A stretch of DNA of 64,000 bases, from contig CAWIXE010000002.1 of NCBI GenBank assembly GCA_963840035.1, positions 736,001 to 800,000 on the forward strand. The letters run 5' to 3'. The translations under genes and the position numbers were made by a program. Within the stretch, counting starts at the first letter, position 1, and each line of letters begins with the position of its first letter. Under the pieces are notes generated by a model. It was not told where the DNA came from. It did not search any database and was given only the letters and a program-made list of their open reading frames with translations. Positions 40,524-50,930 of this stretch are shown piece after piece. This DNA comes from a candidate division FCPU426 bacterium (lineage in GTDB: Bacteria > Oederibacteriota > PGYV01 > Palsa-1178).

Positions 40524-40685
40524 TGAACGAAATAGCGCAATTGCTTTGAGTTTAATGTATTTGATTGTTTTGCGTGTTTTGATCCCGTATATTCATGGTG
40601 TTTAATCTCCACATATTTGTACTTATATTGTCTATGTTGCAGCAACCAGTGGCTATATTACCTGTTTAGGTGCCTTATGGAAGAC

Positions 40686-40898
40686 TTACCAAGGCCTGGA
40701 CCATTACTAAGGCCTGGACCATTACCAAGGCCCAGACCATTACCAAGGCCCAGACCATTACCAAGGCCCAGACCATTACCAAGGCCCAGACCATTACCAA
40801 GGCCCGGACCATTACCAAGGCCCAGACCATTACCAAGGCCCGGACCATTACCAAGGCCCGGACCATTACCAAGGCCCGGACCATTACCAAGGCCCGGA
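40686..40898. repeat. 18-bp tandem repeat, about 12 copies (TTACCAAGGCCYRGACCA)
   Basis: 11 full units plus a 15-bp partial, contiguous, no spacers. Confidence 0.97.
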
Positions 40899-41162
40899 TT
40901 GCGAATCTGTTTATTAAGATAATCTGCAGCCGTAAATATTGTTGAAATTATTTATGTTAGAAATATAAAAATTCTGCAAGTGTCGGCTGATTTTTTTAAT
41001 AATTTATACAGGAAAATTATGGCCGATTATAGAATTTATGAAATGTGTTTAAATAGTAAAAATTGACGGTAACGGCGGTATCCCGGCATGTACGCCGTAA
41101 TGTGGTTTAAACGTATAAAGTTAGCGATACCTAACTCTTTTTGTGAAGCTTATAACGGGCAT

Positions 41163-41195
41163 AAAAAAGGGCCGGCATTAAATGCCGGCCCTTTT
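41163..41195 (-). terminator. Intrinsic terminator, probably bidirectional
   Basis: AAAAAAGGGCCGGCATT-A-AATGCCGGCCCTTTT, 15 nt beyond the stop of the 41211 gene. Confidence 0.85.
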
Positions 41196-41210
41196 AAACA
41201 GCTTTACTGA

Positions 41211-42488
41211 TTAGAAGTTTATGCCTGTTCCCAGCGAAATGGTCAGGTAAGTGTAATTATACAGCCCCAGCGCTTCCCACTCCATATTTGAGTTATAGCG
41301 AGAGTAGTTGATGTCAAAGTTCCAGTCCCAGTAGTCGGTGATCTTCTGGTTTAAGTTGGCTGAAAGCGTGTAATTATTATCAGCCTGTTTTGCCGCCGTG
41401 TAGTCGCCTATTTTATCTCTGACCCGCCTGCTGTCGTAATTTAAAAAATCCGCAATGAAAGACACTGTGATAACGGGCGGCTGGGAGTTTACAACCTGCC
41501 ACGGGAATACCTTCCATGGGAAAGGAGTGCTGACAGTGAACTTCAGGACATTCTCAAAATTGTCATAATACCCCGCGTTGAAGACATCGTCGGTCATGTC
41601 CATATTGGTACCGCGGGTGTCATAATAATTCTGGTTTGAAAAGGTCTTTGAAAAAGAATACTCAAAGGCAGACCATGACTTGTCAGCGCCGGTGTATGGC
41701 GTGGAAAAAGTAATCTTTGCCGTCTTATCCGCCCTTTTTAACGCCTCAAGCGCGCCGTAATCGCCGGAGATTAACCGCTGGTCAAAGTAAGCGGTATAGT
41801 CATAGCTGAACTTTAAGGCTATCTTCCAGCCGTCCTTTCCCGGGTTGTATACGCCGTCAGCGTAAGCGCTGTAAACGATATTGTCTTTTTCCTTTGTATA
41901 CGCGTTAGGGGTGCCGGTGCCTATACCGCCGGGCATTATGCCGGATATCAGGGTGTTATAGTTTCTGAACCTGCGGTCTATATATTTGAAACCTTCTGTA
42001 AATGAAATGGACGGTCCGTCAAAGGCGAATTTGTTGAAATTTTCGGCATATATCCCCGAATCTGTAAAATCATACAACCCGAGACCCATTAATTCGTTCG
42101 CGGCCTGTTTTGAAAAATCGGTTCTGAATGTACCGCGCGCTTTTACGACCCATTCTTTTGAAAATTCGTAGTTCAGTCCGTAGGAAACATAGGCGTCAAG
42201 CCATTCGGAAAAAAGGAACCTGTCATCGCCGACGTTTAAAGGCTGCGCTGTATTTGAGTAGTTAACCAGTACCGTGGGTATGAACCACAGCTGTGGAAGC
42301 GCGTCAAGGTTCACCATGCATGATGAGGCAAGGTTCGCGGAATACGAGAACTTTTTCTCGGGCGATTCCGTATTTGACACCAGGGACGGGTATGTCCCCT
42401 GCCCTGAAAGCGAAAAAGCCGGCACAAACTGAGCGTAAATAAACGCTGGTAAAAATAATATTAATGCTGCTGCGGGTATTCTTTTCAT
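41211..42488 (-). CDS. Putative outer-membrane beta-barrel protein
   Basis: Signal peptide, alternating aromatic/polar beta-strand pattern, C-terminal ...ISLGTGINF (terminal Phe). Confidence 0.65.
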   Translation of the reverse strand: MKRIPAAALILFLPAFIYAQFVPAFSLSGQGTYPSLVSNTESPEKKFSYSANLASSCMVNLDALPQLWFIPTVLVNYSNTAQPLNVGDDRFLFSEWLDAYVSYGLNYEFSKEWVVKARGTFRTDFSKQAANELMGLGLYDFTDSGIYAENFNKFAFDGPSISFTEGFKYIDRRFRNYNTLISGIMPGGIGTGTPNAYTKEKDNIVYSAYADGVYNPGKDGWKIALKFSYDYTAYFDQRLISGDYGALEALKRADKTAKITFSTPYTGADKSWSAFEYSFSKTFSNQNYYDTRGTNMDMTDDVFNAGYYDNFENVLKFTVSTPFPWKVFPWQVVNSQPPVITVSFIADFLNYDSRRVRDKIGDYTAAKQADNNYTLSANLNQKITDYWDWNFDINYSRYNSNMEWEALGLYNYTYLTISLGTGINF

Positions 42489-42504
42489 TTGTTCCTCCGT
42501 GGTT

Positions 42505-44253
42505 TTATGGTGCGTATCCGTAATCGTTTATGCCGTATATGCTGCCGTAGTTATACGGGTCAAGAAGCGTGTCGCCGTTTGTTATCAGCGTCTTTGAAAC
42601 AATGTCTATGTCCCCGTTTCTGAAGTCTGAGGAACTTATCTGCATCTCGAGGTTGCCGGTAAGTGCAAGGCTGTAGATATCAAATGAATTATTATCATTC
42701 ACAAGGCTCACACCGTTATCGTTAATCAGATAATAATTGATGTTCAGCGTGGAAGCGTCGTTATAACTTTTATTCATACTTTTTATGTAAGTACCGTCGC
42801 CGTAGGTGTAGCTTTGTTCGGTGTAGGGATGATCGGGATCGGCATGCGATGTCTTGTCATTTGCGGTCTTTATCATGTAATATCCATAAGACGGATATCC
42901 GTAGTCGGTATAATTAAATTCATATTCTTCCTTGATGCAGCCGTTTATGCTCAGGGTCTCATTTTGTTTTACGTTTACCATTGACGACGCCGACTGTGAA
43001 CCTGACCAGGAAGAACCATACATCATCATGTAGTCTGTATTTAAGGTCAGGTCGTCAACGGTGTTCGAAAAAGTAATATTCTTATTTACCAGAAAATTCT
43101 CTGGGAAGTCGGATATGCCGTAGAATACGCTGTCCCACATTGTATCTGTCCTGTGCAGAAATACGTCGGCCGCGAAGACGTTTTTAATCTTCAGGTAATC
43201 AAGCCTGTTATCCCTGAATGTGAGTGATATCTGGTCAATTTCCCGGTTTATTGACTGGGCCGTGCCCGGGCCGTTGGCGCTGTATCCTATTAACAGCTCT
43301 TCCTTTGGCGTAAAGACATATTCCTCTATCCTTACCCTGTTGCCGTGAACGTCAAGCATGGTCTTTCCAAGATGAAAGTCCGCCTGCATCTGTTCGTTAA
43401 TGAATTTCAGGTCGTCAAAAGCGTGCTGTTTGGCGCCATTTAACTCGTCCTTGAGTTGCTGTTTTATAAGCGCTTCGACTCCGCCTGAATTGCCTGCGTT
43501 GCCAATGTTTACCTCGGTCTGGGTTCCTCCGGATACTCCTTTTTCTTTGTTCTTCTGTTCGAGGTAATCTTTTAATTTACCTTCTTTTTTTAACTGTTTA
43601 ATCAGGTCGAGTTGGCCTTTTAAACCCGACATTAGTCCGCCATAACCCGAAAAGTTCTTAAAGCCTCCCGGCGCTCCGGGCTTGCCGTCGCTGCCTGTTG
43701 TTGATTCGTTTCCGCCGGGTACGTCTACGCTGTTCTGCCCGGTTAAATCCATGTACGCTACAAGGCCCTCAAATACGGCAAGCGAAGATGCGGTGTCATC
43801 CGCGGAAATACCAAGTTCAGTGCCCTTTACCGCGGCTATGGCCATCTTTGTATGAACTTCAAAGGTGTCCTTCGGGCTTTTTAGTTTATCCACGATGGCG
43901 AAGATTTTGCCCATGGTCAGGTTAAAGATGGTTTTTGCGGTATTATTTTCTCTTTTTAAATTTGAAATGAGCATGGTGGCGTTTTCATCGAGCCTGACGA
44001 TGGTGGCGTCGTCAAATGTAATCTCCAGGTAACTGCCTTTGCCTGTGGAATACTCATCGCCTTCGTAAACAGGCATGTTGATGGCCGCGCTTTTTTTCTT
44101 GGCAGCGCTCATGGCTTTTACGGAGCATTTTCCAGAATAATCAGTAATAACCGCTATCGAATCCAGGATGCTGCTGTCAGATGCCGCAAAAAGCGTGGAA
44201 ATTGAAGCAAGTACGACTGCAATTACGATAAGGCAAAATTTTAAATATTTCAT
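42505..44253 (-). CDS. Secreted FecR-domain protein with an uncharacterised C-terminal region
   Basis: Signal peptide; EGD...TG..S..EI.FDD....RL..N, FEVHT..AIAAVKGT, VFEG.V. AAGGAG RBS supports ATG 44253. Confidence 0.8.
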   Translation of the reverse strand: MKYLKFCLIVIAVVLASISTLFAASDSSILDSIAVITDYSGKCSVKAMSAAKKKSAAINMPVYEGDEYSTGKGSYLEITFDDATIVRLDENATMLISNLKRENNTAKTIFNLTMGKIFAIVDKLKSPKDTFEVHTKMAIAAVKGTELGISADDTASSLAVFEGLVAYMDLTGQNSVDVPGGNESTTGSDGKPGAPGGFKNFSGYGGLMSGLKGQLDLIKQLKKEGKLKDYLEQKNKEKGVSGGTQTEVNIGNAGNSGGVEALIKQQLKDELNGAKQHAFDDLKFINEQMQADFHLGKTMLDVHGNRVRIEEYVFTPKEELLIGYSANGPGTAQSINREIDQISLTFRDNRLDYLKIKNVFAADVFLHRTDTMWDSVFYGISDFPENFLVNKNITFSNTVDDLTLNTDYMMMYGSSWSGSQSASSMVNVKQNETLSINGCIKEEYEFNYTDYGYPSYGYYMIKTANDKTSHADPDHPYTEQSYTYGDGTYIKSMNKSYNDASTLNINYYLINDNGVSLVNDNNSFDIYSLALTGNLEMQISSSDFRNGDIDIVSKTLITNGDTLLDPYNYGSIYGINDYGYAP

Positions 44254-44346
44254 GCTGCACACTCCTTTAATAAAATATTTTACCGTCTTACTTCTTCAAA
44301 ATAATTCTCATTCTAATGAATAAATTGTTTATAAACCGATTTCCGT

Positions 44347-45438
44347 TTAATAAGACCTTGCAAGGCGGAAGCCATAAGTGTTTGAAGGGCCATTAGGCGT
44401 ATAGCCATATCGTGTTCCAATTTGAAGATAGTCGGATCCCGGAGTAAGCGCGCTGGCTCCTCTGAGTACGCGTGACCCTGTGGATGCGGGAGGCCTGTAA
44501 TTTGTGAAATCTCCTGGATAAGTTCCGGTATTATCCCAGCAATATTCCCATACATTACCGGTCATGTCATATATGCTAAGCGCATTCGGGGTTTTACCAC
44601 CCACATCATGAATCATTGAGCCGGAATTGGCAATATTCCATGAAACCAGGTCGTTTTCTGCGGCATTTGAGGTATCAAAAGACGCGCCGCTTGCATAATT
44701 ATATGGCGTCCAATTTGTGCCGTCAATATAGCTTGCGGCATACATCCATTCGCCTTCCGTCGGCAGCCTGTAGCCGTTATTGCCCCACTGGCAGGTTACA
44801 TTTTGCAGTGTTGTCAAATTGGTGCTCCTCGAATCCTTTATTATAACGCCTAAATATTCAAAGCAGGGCGAAAGCCCGGATTTTTCACTGTATGCGTTGC
44901 ACCAGACTATCATATCATACCAGCATATTGTCGTGACGGGTTCATTCACGGAAACAGAAGGGGACGCTCCTATTATCCCGTTTTTGCCTTCCCTTCCCGG
45001 GTTTGCGAAGTAATATTCGTGATCAACCGCCCATTGATAGATTTCATACCAGAGATTATAAGTTACCTCGTACCTTCCGATATTGAAGGGCGATAAGGTA
45101 TGAAAAAAGCCGCTGGACCCGTCTGTCTGATAAAATGTGCCTCCGGGAACCTGCCGCATATATCCCAACGCGATAGTAATTGTCACCGTTGCAGTATGCG
45201 TCGGGCTGGGCGTATGCGTCGGCGTTACTGTGACTGATATGGTCAGAGTTTGTGTGAAAGTTGTTGTTGCAGAAAAAACTGTCTGCGTAATTGTAGTGGT
45301 GCATGAACCGGTAGCGGTCATGGTTGACGTATAATAAGGTTTCGGGCCTGTCGGGGTCCTTACATTTTTACATCCGTTTGACATGAATACGGCTGACAAT
45401 AATAAGGCAAGGCACATGACTGCGGTGATGTTTTTCAT
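44347..45438 (-). CDS. Lipoprotein with Thr-rich linker and FGE-sulfatase (SUMF1/CLec-fold) domain
   Basis: Start moved to 45438 (MKNITAV...SNGC lipobox). YEVT, YRLPTEGEW, YDMTGNVWEYCWD, RVLRG, YGFRL. Confidence 0.85.
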   Translation of the reverse strand: MKNITAVMCLALLLSAVFMSNGCKNVRTPTGPKPYYTSTMTATGSCTTTITQTVFSATTTFTQTLTISVTVTPTHTPSPTHTATVTITIALGYMRQVPGGTFYQTDGSSGFFHTLSPFNIGRYEVTYNLWYEIYQWAVDHEYYFANPGREGKNGIIGASPSVSVNEPVTTICWYDMIVWCNAYSEKSGLSPCFEYLGVIIKDSRSTNLTTLQNVTCQWGNNGYRLPTEGEWMYAASYIDGTNWTPYNYASGASFDTSNAAENDLVSWNIANSGSMIHDVGGKTPNALSIYDMTGNVWEYCWDNTGTYPGDFTNYRPPASTGSRVLRGASALTPGSDYLQIGTRYGYTPNGPSNTYGFRLARSY

Positions 45439-46250
45439 TTGAAAGACCCTCCGGCGCAGAATATTAACGTGCTGCCCGATGTGTTCAATCCAAACTTGAC
45501 ATCGGAGGGAAAGATGTTCTTGAACCAGATGTAATCCGCGATGGTATAAGCTATGGCTGCTCCGGCAAGGCATGCGCCTGCCATTACCACGGCCTGTTTG
45601 TCATCGACTGATTTCTTCATTGATATAAGCCTGTCGTAGTTGGTTCCGAAGGGATTATCGAGCGCCGGAAACTGCCTTTCATAATCATCAGCGGCTTTGC
45701 GCTGGTCATATAGCATATAAGCGGTAAACCCGGATAATCCGATGTCAAGAAGCGCAATCCCGGTGCTTTTCCAGTAATCGAAACCGGGCGCGTCATTTTT
45801 TTGCGCTTCAGCCAATATTACTTTTTTTTCCTCGTTTTTTCCGGTTATCAGCAGTTCTATGCGCCTGTTCGAACTCCGCCCCTGTTCAGTTGAATTATCG
45901 CCTATAAAATTAGAGGCTCCGAGGCCCCGTGCGGTGAAATACTCGCCGCTTAAGCCCCTGTCTTTATATTTATCAAGGATAAACATCATTATTGACATGG
46001 CTCTGGCCTGGGAGAGTATTATATTGTGTTCCGGAGTGCCGGTATTATCAGTATAACCGTCAATGCGTATCGACGGTATTTCCCTCTTTTCAAGGAAATC
46101 ACCGATAACATCAGTCAGCCTGTTAAGCTCACTGAAATATTCAGCGGGTATGACTGAACTGTCGATTGCGAAAGTCAGAGCCCGTGAAAATATCGGCATT
46201 AAGAATAATGCAAAGATAAACAAACATATACGTGTCTGCCTTGAATACAT
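45435..46250 (-). CDS. OmpA-like peptidoglycan-binding protein with C-terminal hydrophobic helices
   Basis: IDGYTDNTG...N..LS.ARA, G.G.S, GR..NRRIE motifs. Confidence 0.85.
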   Translation of the reverse strand: MYSRQTRICLFIFALFLMPIFSRALTFAIDSSVIPAEYFSELNRLTDVIGDFLEKREIPSIRIDGYTDNTGTPEHNIILSQARAMSIMMFILDKYKDRGLSGEYFTARGLGASNFIGDNSTEQGRSSNRRIELLITGKNEEKKVILAEAQKNDAPGFDYWKSTGIALLDIGLSGFTAYMLYDQRKAADDYERQFPALDNPFGTNYDRLISMKKSVDDKQAVVMAGACLAGAAIAYTIADYIWFKNIFPSDVKFGLNTSGSTLIFCAGGSFK

Positions 46251-46292
46251 TAATATCCCCTTATATTATTACAATGTTTTGGCGTTAGTGTG

Positions 46293-48908
46293 TTATTCGT
46301 TTTTTCCGCAGCACTTCTTGTATTTTTTTCCCGACCCGCATGGGCATGCGTCGTTTCTGCCTACTTTGGGCTTATCACGGCGTATTGTTTCCACCTTTGC
46401 CTCGCCTTCAGGCGAGTTGGCGTACATTTCCCTTTCGTCCATGGGCGGCGGCCCGTTCTGCGCCGCCGGCAGCCTGAACTCAGGCCTTGATTCCTTCATC
46501 TCTGAGGCAAACTGCCTTCTTGTGAGCTGGGATTCATTAACTACCTGAACCCTGAAGAGGAACTCTATTACCTCGGTTTCAGTGGAAACTATCATATCCT
46601 GGAAAAGCTTGAAGGCTTCTTTTTTGTATTCAAGCAGCGGGTCTTTCTGCGCGTAAGCGCGCAGCCCGATGCCTTCCTTTAAGTGGTCCATGGCGTAGAG
46701 GTGCTCGCGCCATTTGGTGTCAACAACCTGAAGCACTATGTTCCTCTCGATGTCGCGCATGAGTTCAGAACCGAGCAGGTTTTCTTTCCTGTCATATTCT
46801 TCCTTTAGTTTATCAAAAATATCGCTTTCCAGAAGTTCGGGCGTAAGCTGGCTTATATCCTGTTTTGTTTTATCTATGGCATACTCGACGCCATATACGC
46901 TTTTGATTTTTTCGCGCATCATATCAAAGTCCCATTCCTCGGGGTATGTCTTTTCCGGGGCCACTTCATATACGATATCCTTTACAACTTCGGAAAGCAT
47001 TTCCATGACAGAGTCCTTAAGGTTCCTGCCTTCGAGTACGGCAACGCGGCGGCCGTATACTACCGAGCGCTGGTTGTTCAAAACGTCGTCAAAATCGAGC
47101 AGGTGTTTTCTTATTGAAAAATTATGGCCTTCCACGGTTTTCTGCGCGCGTTCTATTGATTTTGATATCCATGGATGCTCGACCCTGTCTTCGTCAGTCA
47201 TTCCCATGGTTTCCATAACGCCTTTAATCTTGTCTGAGCCGAAAATCCTCATTAAGTCGTCCTCGAGCGAAACAAAAAATCTTGATTCGCCCTCGTCTCC
47301 CTGTCTTCCTGAACGGCCGCGGAGCTGGTTGTCGATTCGCCGTGATTCATGGCGCTCGGTGCCTATGACATAAAGCCCGCCTAATGCCTTGACGCCTTCG
47401 CCTAAAACTATGTCGGTGCCTCGGCCTGCCATATTGGTGGCTACTGTGACCGCGTCTTTCTGCCCGGCTTTTGAGACAATCTCAGCCTCGCGTTCATGGT
47501 TCTTGGCATTCAGGAGTTCGTGTTTAATACCTCTTTTATTGAGCATTTCGCTTAACATTTCATTTTTTGAAATAGAAGTGGTTCCTACAAGCACGGGCTG
47601 CCCGAGCTTGTGTCTTTCCACTATTTCGCCCGCTATGGCCCGGTACTTGCCTTTTTCATTTTTATAAATGGCATCAGCACCGTCTATCCTTATCATGGGG
47701 TTGTTTGTCGGCACTGTAATGACGTCAAGCTTGTATATCTGCCAGAACTCCTCGGCCTCGGTCTGGGCCGTACCTGTCATACCGGCAATTTTTTCATATA
47801 TCCTGAAATAGTTCTGAAGCGTTATGGTGGCAAGCGTCTGGTTCTCACGCTCGATTTTCACCCTTTCTTTTGCTTCCACTGCCTGGTGAAGCCCGTCAGA
47901 CCACCTGCGTCCCGGCATTAAACGGCCGGTGAATTCGTCAACTATTGTGACCTTGCCGTCCTTTACGATATAATCCTTATCCCTTTTGAAAAGCGTGTGA
48001 GCCTTTAGTCCCTGGTTAACATGGTGGATAATCTCAATGTTCTGCGGGTCATACAGGTTTGGCTTATTCAGCAACGCCTCACACTTTGCCACGCCTGCCT
48101 CGGTTAAGAATGCGGAATGCGCTTTTTCATCTATTTGATAGTCAGTTTCCTTGAATAATTTCGGTATAATCCTGTCTATGGTGTAATAAAGCTCCGTGGA
48201 TTCTTCCGCCGGACCGGAAATAATGAGCGGGGTCCTTGCCTCGTCGATTAGGATGGAGTCAACTTCGTCAATGATGGCGTAATGAAGCGAGCGCTGCACC
48301 CTTTCCTGGGGGTAAACAGCCATATTATCGCGCAGGTAGTCAAAACCATATTCGTTATTTGTCCCGTAGGTCACGTCCGCGGCGTATGCGGCCTGCCGTT
48401 CTTCAGTGGAAGAGCCGTTCTTTATGCATCCGACGGTAAGGCCGAGGAAGTTATGAATGGTTCCCATGCCCTTAAAGTTGCCTTTTCCGAGCGAGTCGCG
48501 CTCAGCCAGGTAGTCATTAACCGTAATAACATGCACGCCTTTTCCTGTAAGCGCGTTTAAGTACGTGGGCAGTGTGGCAACAAGGGTTTTTCCTTCGCCG
48601 GTGCGCATCTCTGATATTTTACCCTGGTGAAGCACTATGCCGCCCATGAGCTGAACATCAAAGTGGCGCATTCCCATTACCCTTTTTGAGGCCTCGCGCA
48701 CAACCGCGAAAGCAGCCGGAAGTATGTCATCTAAGGTCTCGCCATTGGCGAGCCGCCCTTTAAACTCGGTTGTTTTTGCCTTTAATTCCTCATCAGAGAG
48801 TTTCTGGATCTCCTCTTCCATGGAATTAATTAGATCGACAAGAGGCTGTAGTTTCTTTATCTCCCGTTCATTCCTGGTCCCGAATATTTTTTTTATAAAC
48901 CCGAACAT
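46293..48908 (-). CDS. secA: Preprotein translocase ATPase SecA
   Basis: [70 protein letters not shown]. Confidence 0.99.
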   Translation of the reverse strand: MFGFIKKIFGTRNEREIKKLQPLVDLINSMEEEIQKLSDEELKAKTTEFKGRLANGETLDDILPAAFAVVREASKRVMGMRHFDVQLMGGIVLHQGKISEMRTGEGKTLVATLPTYLNALTGKGVHVITVNDYLAERDSLGKGNFKGMGTIHNFLGLTVGCIKNGSSTEERQAAYAADVTYGTNNEYGFDYLRDNMAVYPQERVQRSLHYAIIDEVDSILIDEARTPLIISGPAEESTELYYTIDRIIPKLFKETDYQIDEKAHSAFLTEAGVAKCEALLNKPNLYDPQNIEIIHHVNQGLKAHTLFKRDKDYIVKDGKVTIVDEFTGRLMPGRRWSDGLHQAVEAKERVKIERENQTLATITLQNYFRIYEKIAGMTGTAQTEAEEFWQIYKLDVITVPTNNPMIRIDGADAIYKNEKGKYRAIAGEIVERHKLGQPVLVGTTSISKNEMLSEMLNKRGIKHELLNAKNHEREAEIVSKAGQKDAVTVATNMAGRGTDIVLGEGVKALGGLYVIGTERHESRRIDNQLRGRSGRQGDEGESRFFVSLEDDLMRIFGSDKIKGVMETMGMTDEDRVEHPWISKSIERAQKTVEGHNFSIRKHLLDFDDVLNNQRSVVYGRRVAVLEGRNLKDSVMEMLSEVVKDIVYEVAPEKTYPEEWDFDMMREKIKSVYGVEYAIDKTKQDISQLTPELLESDIFDKLKEEYDRKENLLGSELMRDIERNIVLQVVDTKWREHLYAMDHLKEGIGLRAYAQKDPLLEYKKEAFKLFQDMIVSTETEVIEFLFRVQVVNESQLTRRQFASEMKESRPEFRLPAAQNGPPPMDEREMYANSPEGEAKVETIRRDKPKVGRNDACPCGSGKKYKKCCGKNE

Positions 48909-49004
48909 AGTTGCTCCTTTACAGCTGATTAATCAGCATGCGGTTAAGTTTGAAAACAAGTAAAATATTAGATATTAAACGCTTTTACGCGCCCGTTAGT
49001 TTTT

Positions 49005-49847
49005 TTACTTGATCTCGAAATCGTAATCTTTCTTGCGCCTTGACGAATCTCCGCCTCTCCTGGCTATGAGGATTATGATAAGTATGAGAAGCAGCAATCC
49101 CACCCCGATGATTATGTAAAGAAGGTAAGGGCTCTCCGGCTCGACGGAAATGTCGAGCGGGAAATCTTTTTCCATGGCTGAATACTTCATCTTTAATGTC
49201 AGCGGAAGCCTGGCGTCGCCGTCATAACTGCCGAGAATCAGTATCTCGAAAGTAAGTTCTCTTTTATCGCCTGCCAATACGGTCTGCAGGTCTTTGTCCT
49301 TATCTTTATCGGAAATAATAATGCTTGTATGGCCGCTTAAGAGGCTTGCGGATGTGTAAAAAGATGGCTGCTCGCCGGTATTCTGCAGGGTAAATATCAT
49401 CCTGAATTTCCTGTCCCTGTCTAAAACCCCGAAATAATTCCCAAAGTTCCTTTTCTTCGCTATTTCCTCTGCTGAAGCGGCTACTATACTGAACTCAGCC
49501 TGCCTTCCGGCGGGTGTGGGTGCTGCTGTCGGATAAGGAGTAGGTACAGGCGTGGGCTGTTTTTTTACGATTTTTTTAGGCGTGGGTTTCGCTGTAGCTT
49601 TCGGGGCCGGTTTCTCAGTCGGTTTGGGTGTGGGCGCAACAGTGGGTTCGTCGGTCGGAACTTCTGTCGGGACAGCGGTAGGCTTATCCACCTTGTCTAC
49701 TGTGCCAGAATCAAGCAGGCTCCCGGTGTCATGTTTATTGACCTGGTCTGTTTCCAGAAAGTCGCTGTCGCTTTCATCCTCTGCCATGCTGAAAGCCGGA
49801 AATAGTATAAAAACCGCGATAATAAATGATAATAAAATTTTTTTCAT
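49005..49847 (-). CDS. Secreted protein with Pro/Thr-rich stalk, Ig-like domain and C-terminal membrane anchor
   Basis: Signal peptide, PT repeats, LQNTG beta-sandwich, TM helix plus basic tail. Confidence 0.7.
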   Translation of the reverse strand: MKKILLSFIIAVFILFPAFSMAEDESDSDFLETDQVNKHDTGSLLDSGTVDKVDKPTAVPTEVPTDEPTVAPTPKPTEKPAPKATAKPTPKKIVKKQPTPVPTPYPTAAPTPAGRQAEFSIVAASAEEIAKKRNFGNYFGVLDRDRKFRMIFTLQNTGEQPSFYTSASLLSGHTSIIISDKDKDKDLQTVLAGDKRELTFEILILGSYDGDARLPLTLKMKYSAMEKDFPLDISVEPESPYLLYIIIGVGLLLLILIIILIARRGGDSSRRKKDYDFEIK

Positions 49848-49955
49848 TTCAATCCTCCGTAAATTGGTTTTTTACCCTTTATATATTATCATATTTTGAC
49901 ACTTTTTCAACAGATATAAACCAATATTGAGGGTTAAATTGCCGCTTGTAAGGAG

Positions 49956-50153
49956 TTATTTTTTGCCTGTTTTTTTAGTTTTTTTTGTCTTTGTATTCTT
50001 CGGGGCAGATATTTTTTCTTCCCCGTCCTTTAAGCCTTTTTCAAATTCGCCTTTTGCCTTTCCAAGCGAGCGCGCGATCTTCGGTATGGCTGCCGCACCG
50101 AATAAAAGCAGTACTATGAGACCTATTACGATTATTTCCTGAAGTCCTATCAT
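49956..50153 (-). CDS. tatA: Twin-arginine translocase TatA/E
   Basis: MIGLQEIIVI..IVLLLFG...IPKIARSLGK...EF. GGAGG RBS supports ATG 50153. Confidence 0.9.
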   Translation of the reverse strand: MIGLQEIIVIGLIVLLLFGAAAIPKIARSLGKAKGEFEKGLKDGEEKISAPKNTKTKKTKKTGKK

Positions 50154-50169
50154 GTTTCCCTCCTGTTTT

Positions 50170-50913
50170 TTAAGTGCCTGTGGCAAGCCGCTCGATGAGC
50201 TCGCGCGGCATGCCCAGTTTTATCATTTTCTCCTGAGTGGCTTTATAGTTATAGCTAATTCTTTTGAATGTCAGTGTGCATGATTTTGTATCATAAAAAA
50301 CAACGCATGCCGATGGCTTGTAATCCCTTGGCTGTCCGACAGATCCGACATTTATTATGTACTTTTTGTCCTGGGCTAAGTTGATTATTTCCAGGTCCTC
50401 ATCAAGGTTCATGCAAAGGCCGTGCGCTTTTGACATGTCGTAAATGTAAATAAGGGGGTGGTGGGTGTGCCCTACAAAACACACTTTTTCTGGGAAATAA
50501 CTCATGTTTTCCCTGAATTTTTCCACGAGAAAAAGGTATTCATTCAGGCAGTCCCTGGGCGAGCCGTGGACAAAACGTACGTCGTTTTCAGATATGAATT
50601 CATCAAGCATAAGCAGGTAGTTTTTATCCTCTTCAGTCATCATTTTCAGGTTGGCGGCAAGAGATGCTTTTGCGGGTTCGTTAAAATCAAAGTCAGATAT
50701 CCTGCCTGACGCCGCCGCATCGTGGTTGCCCGCCACTGAGCGGAAATTTGTAAGGCTTTTGACAGCGTCAATGCAAAGGCGCGGGTCAGGCCCGTAGCCT
50801 ATTATATCGCCGCATGATATGATTTTGTCCACGGGGTTTGTTTTTAAATAGTCAAGGACAGCGGTGAGGGCTTCATAATTTGAATGAATATCTGAAATAA
50901 CGCAATATCTCAT
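50170..50913 (-). CDS. Calcineurin-like metallophosphoesterase
   Basis: SDIHSN, GDIIGYG, GNHD, HGSP, GHTH, NVGSVGQPRD. Confidence 0.93.
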   Translation of the reverse strand: MRYCVISDIHSNYEALTAVLDYLKTNPVDKIISCGDIIGYGPDPRLCIDAVKSLTNFRSVAGNHDAAASGRISDFDFNEPAKASLAANLKMMTEEDKNYLLMLDEFISENDVRFVHGSPRDCLNEYLFLVEKFRENMSYFPEKVCFVGHTHHPLIYIYDMSKAHGLCMNLDEDLEIINLAQDKKYIINVGSVGQPRDYKPSACVVFYDTKSCTLTFKRISYNYKATQEKMIKLGMPRELIERLATGT

Positions 50914-50930
50914 CTTCCCTCCATCCGGGT

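Noticed and set aside
39226..40645. Minus-strand ORFs 39226-39684, 39773-39967, 39873-40133 and 40385-40645
   Set aside because: No recognisable motifs. The first is antisense to ygbA with an RBS too close to its start, and the last reads through dif.
40686..40898. CRISPR array, or the ORFs 40617-40922, 40670-40945 and 40675-40890 (PRPGPL/TKAQTI/VMVRAL repeats)
   Set aside because: Units are contiguous with no unique spacers and no cas genes. The ORFs stay open only because the unit is a stop-free multiple of 3, and none has a convincing RBS.
44347..44480. Diversity-generating retroelement variable region in the FGE/CLec lipoprotein
   Set aside because: The fold is a typical DGR target, but no template repeat, reverse transcriptase or Avd gene is visible in the window. 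A remote TR cannot be excluded without a genome search.
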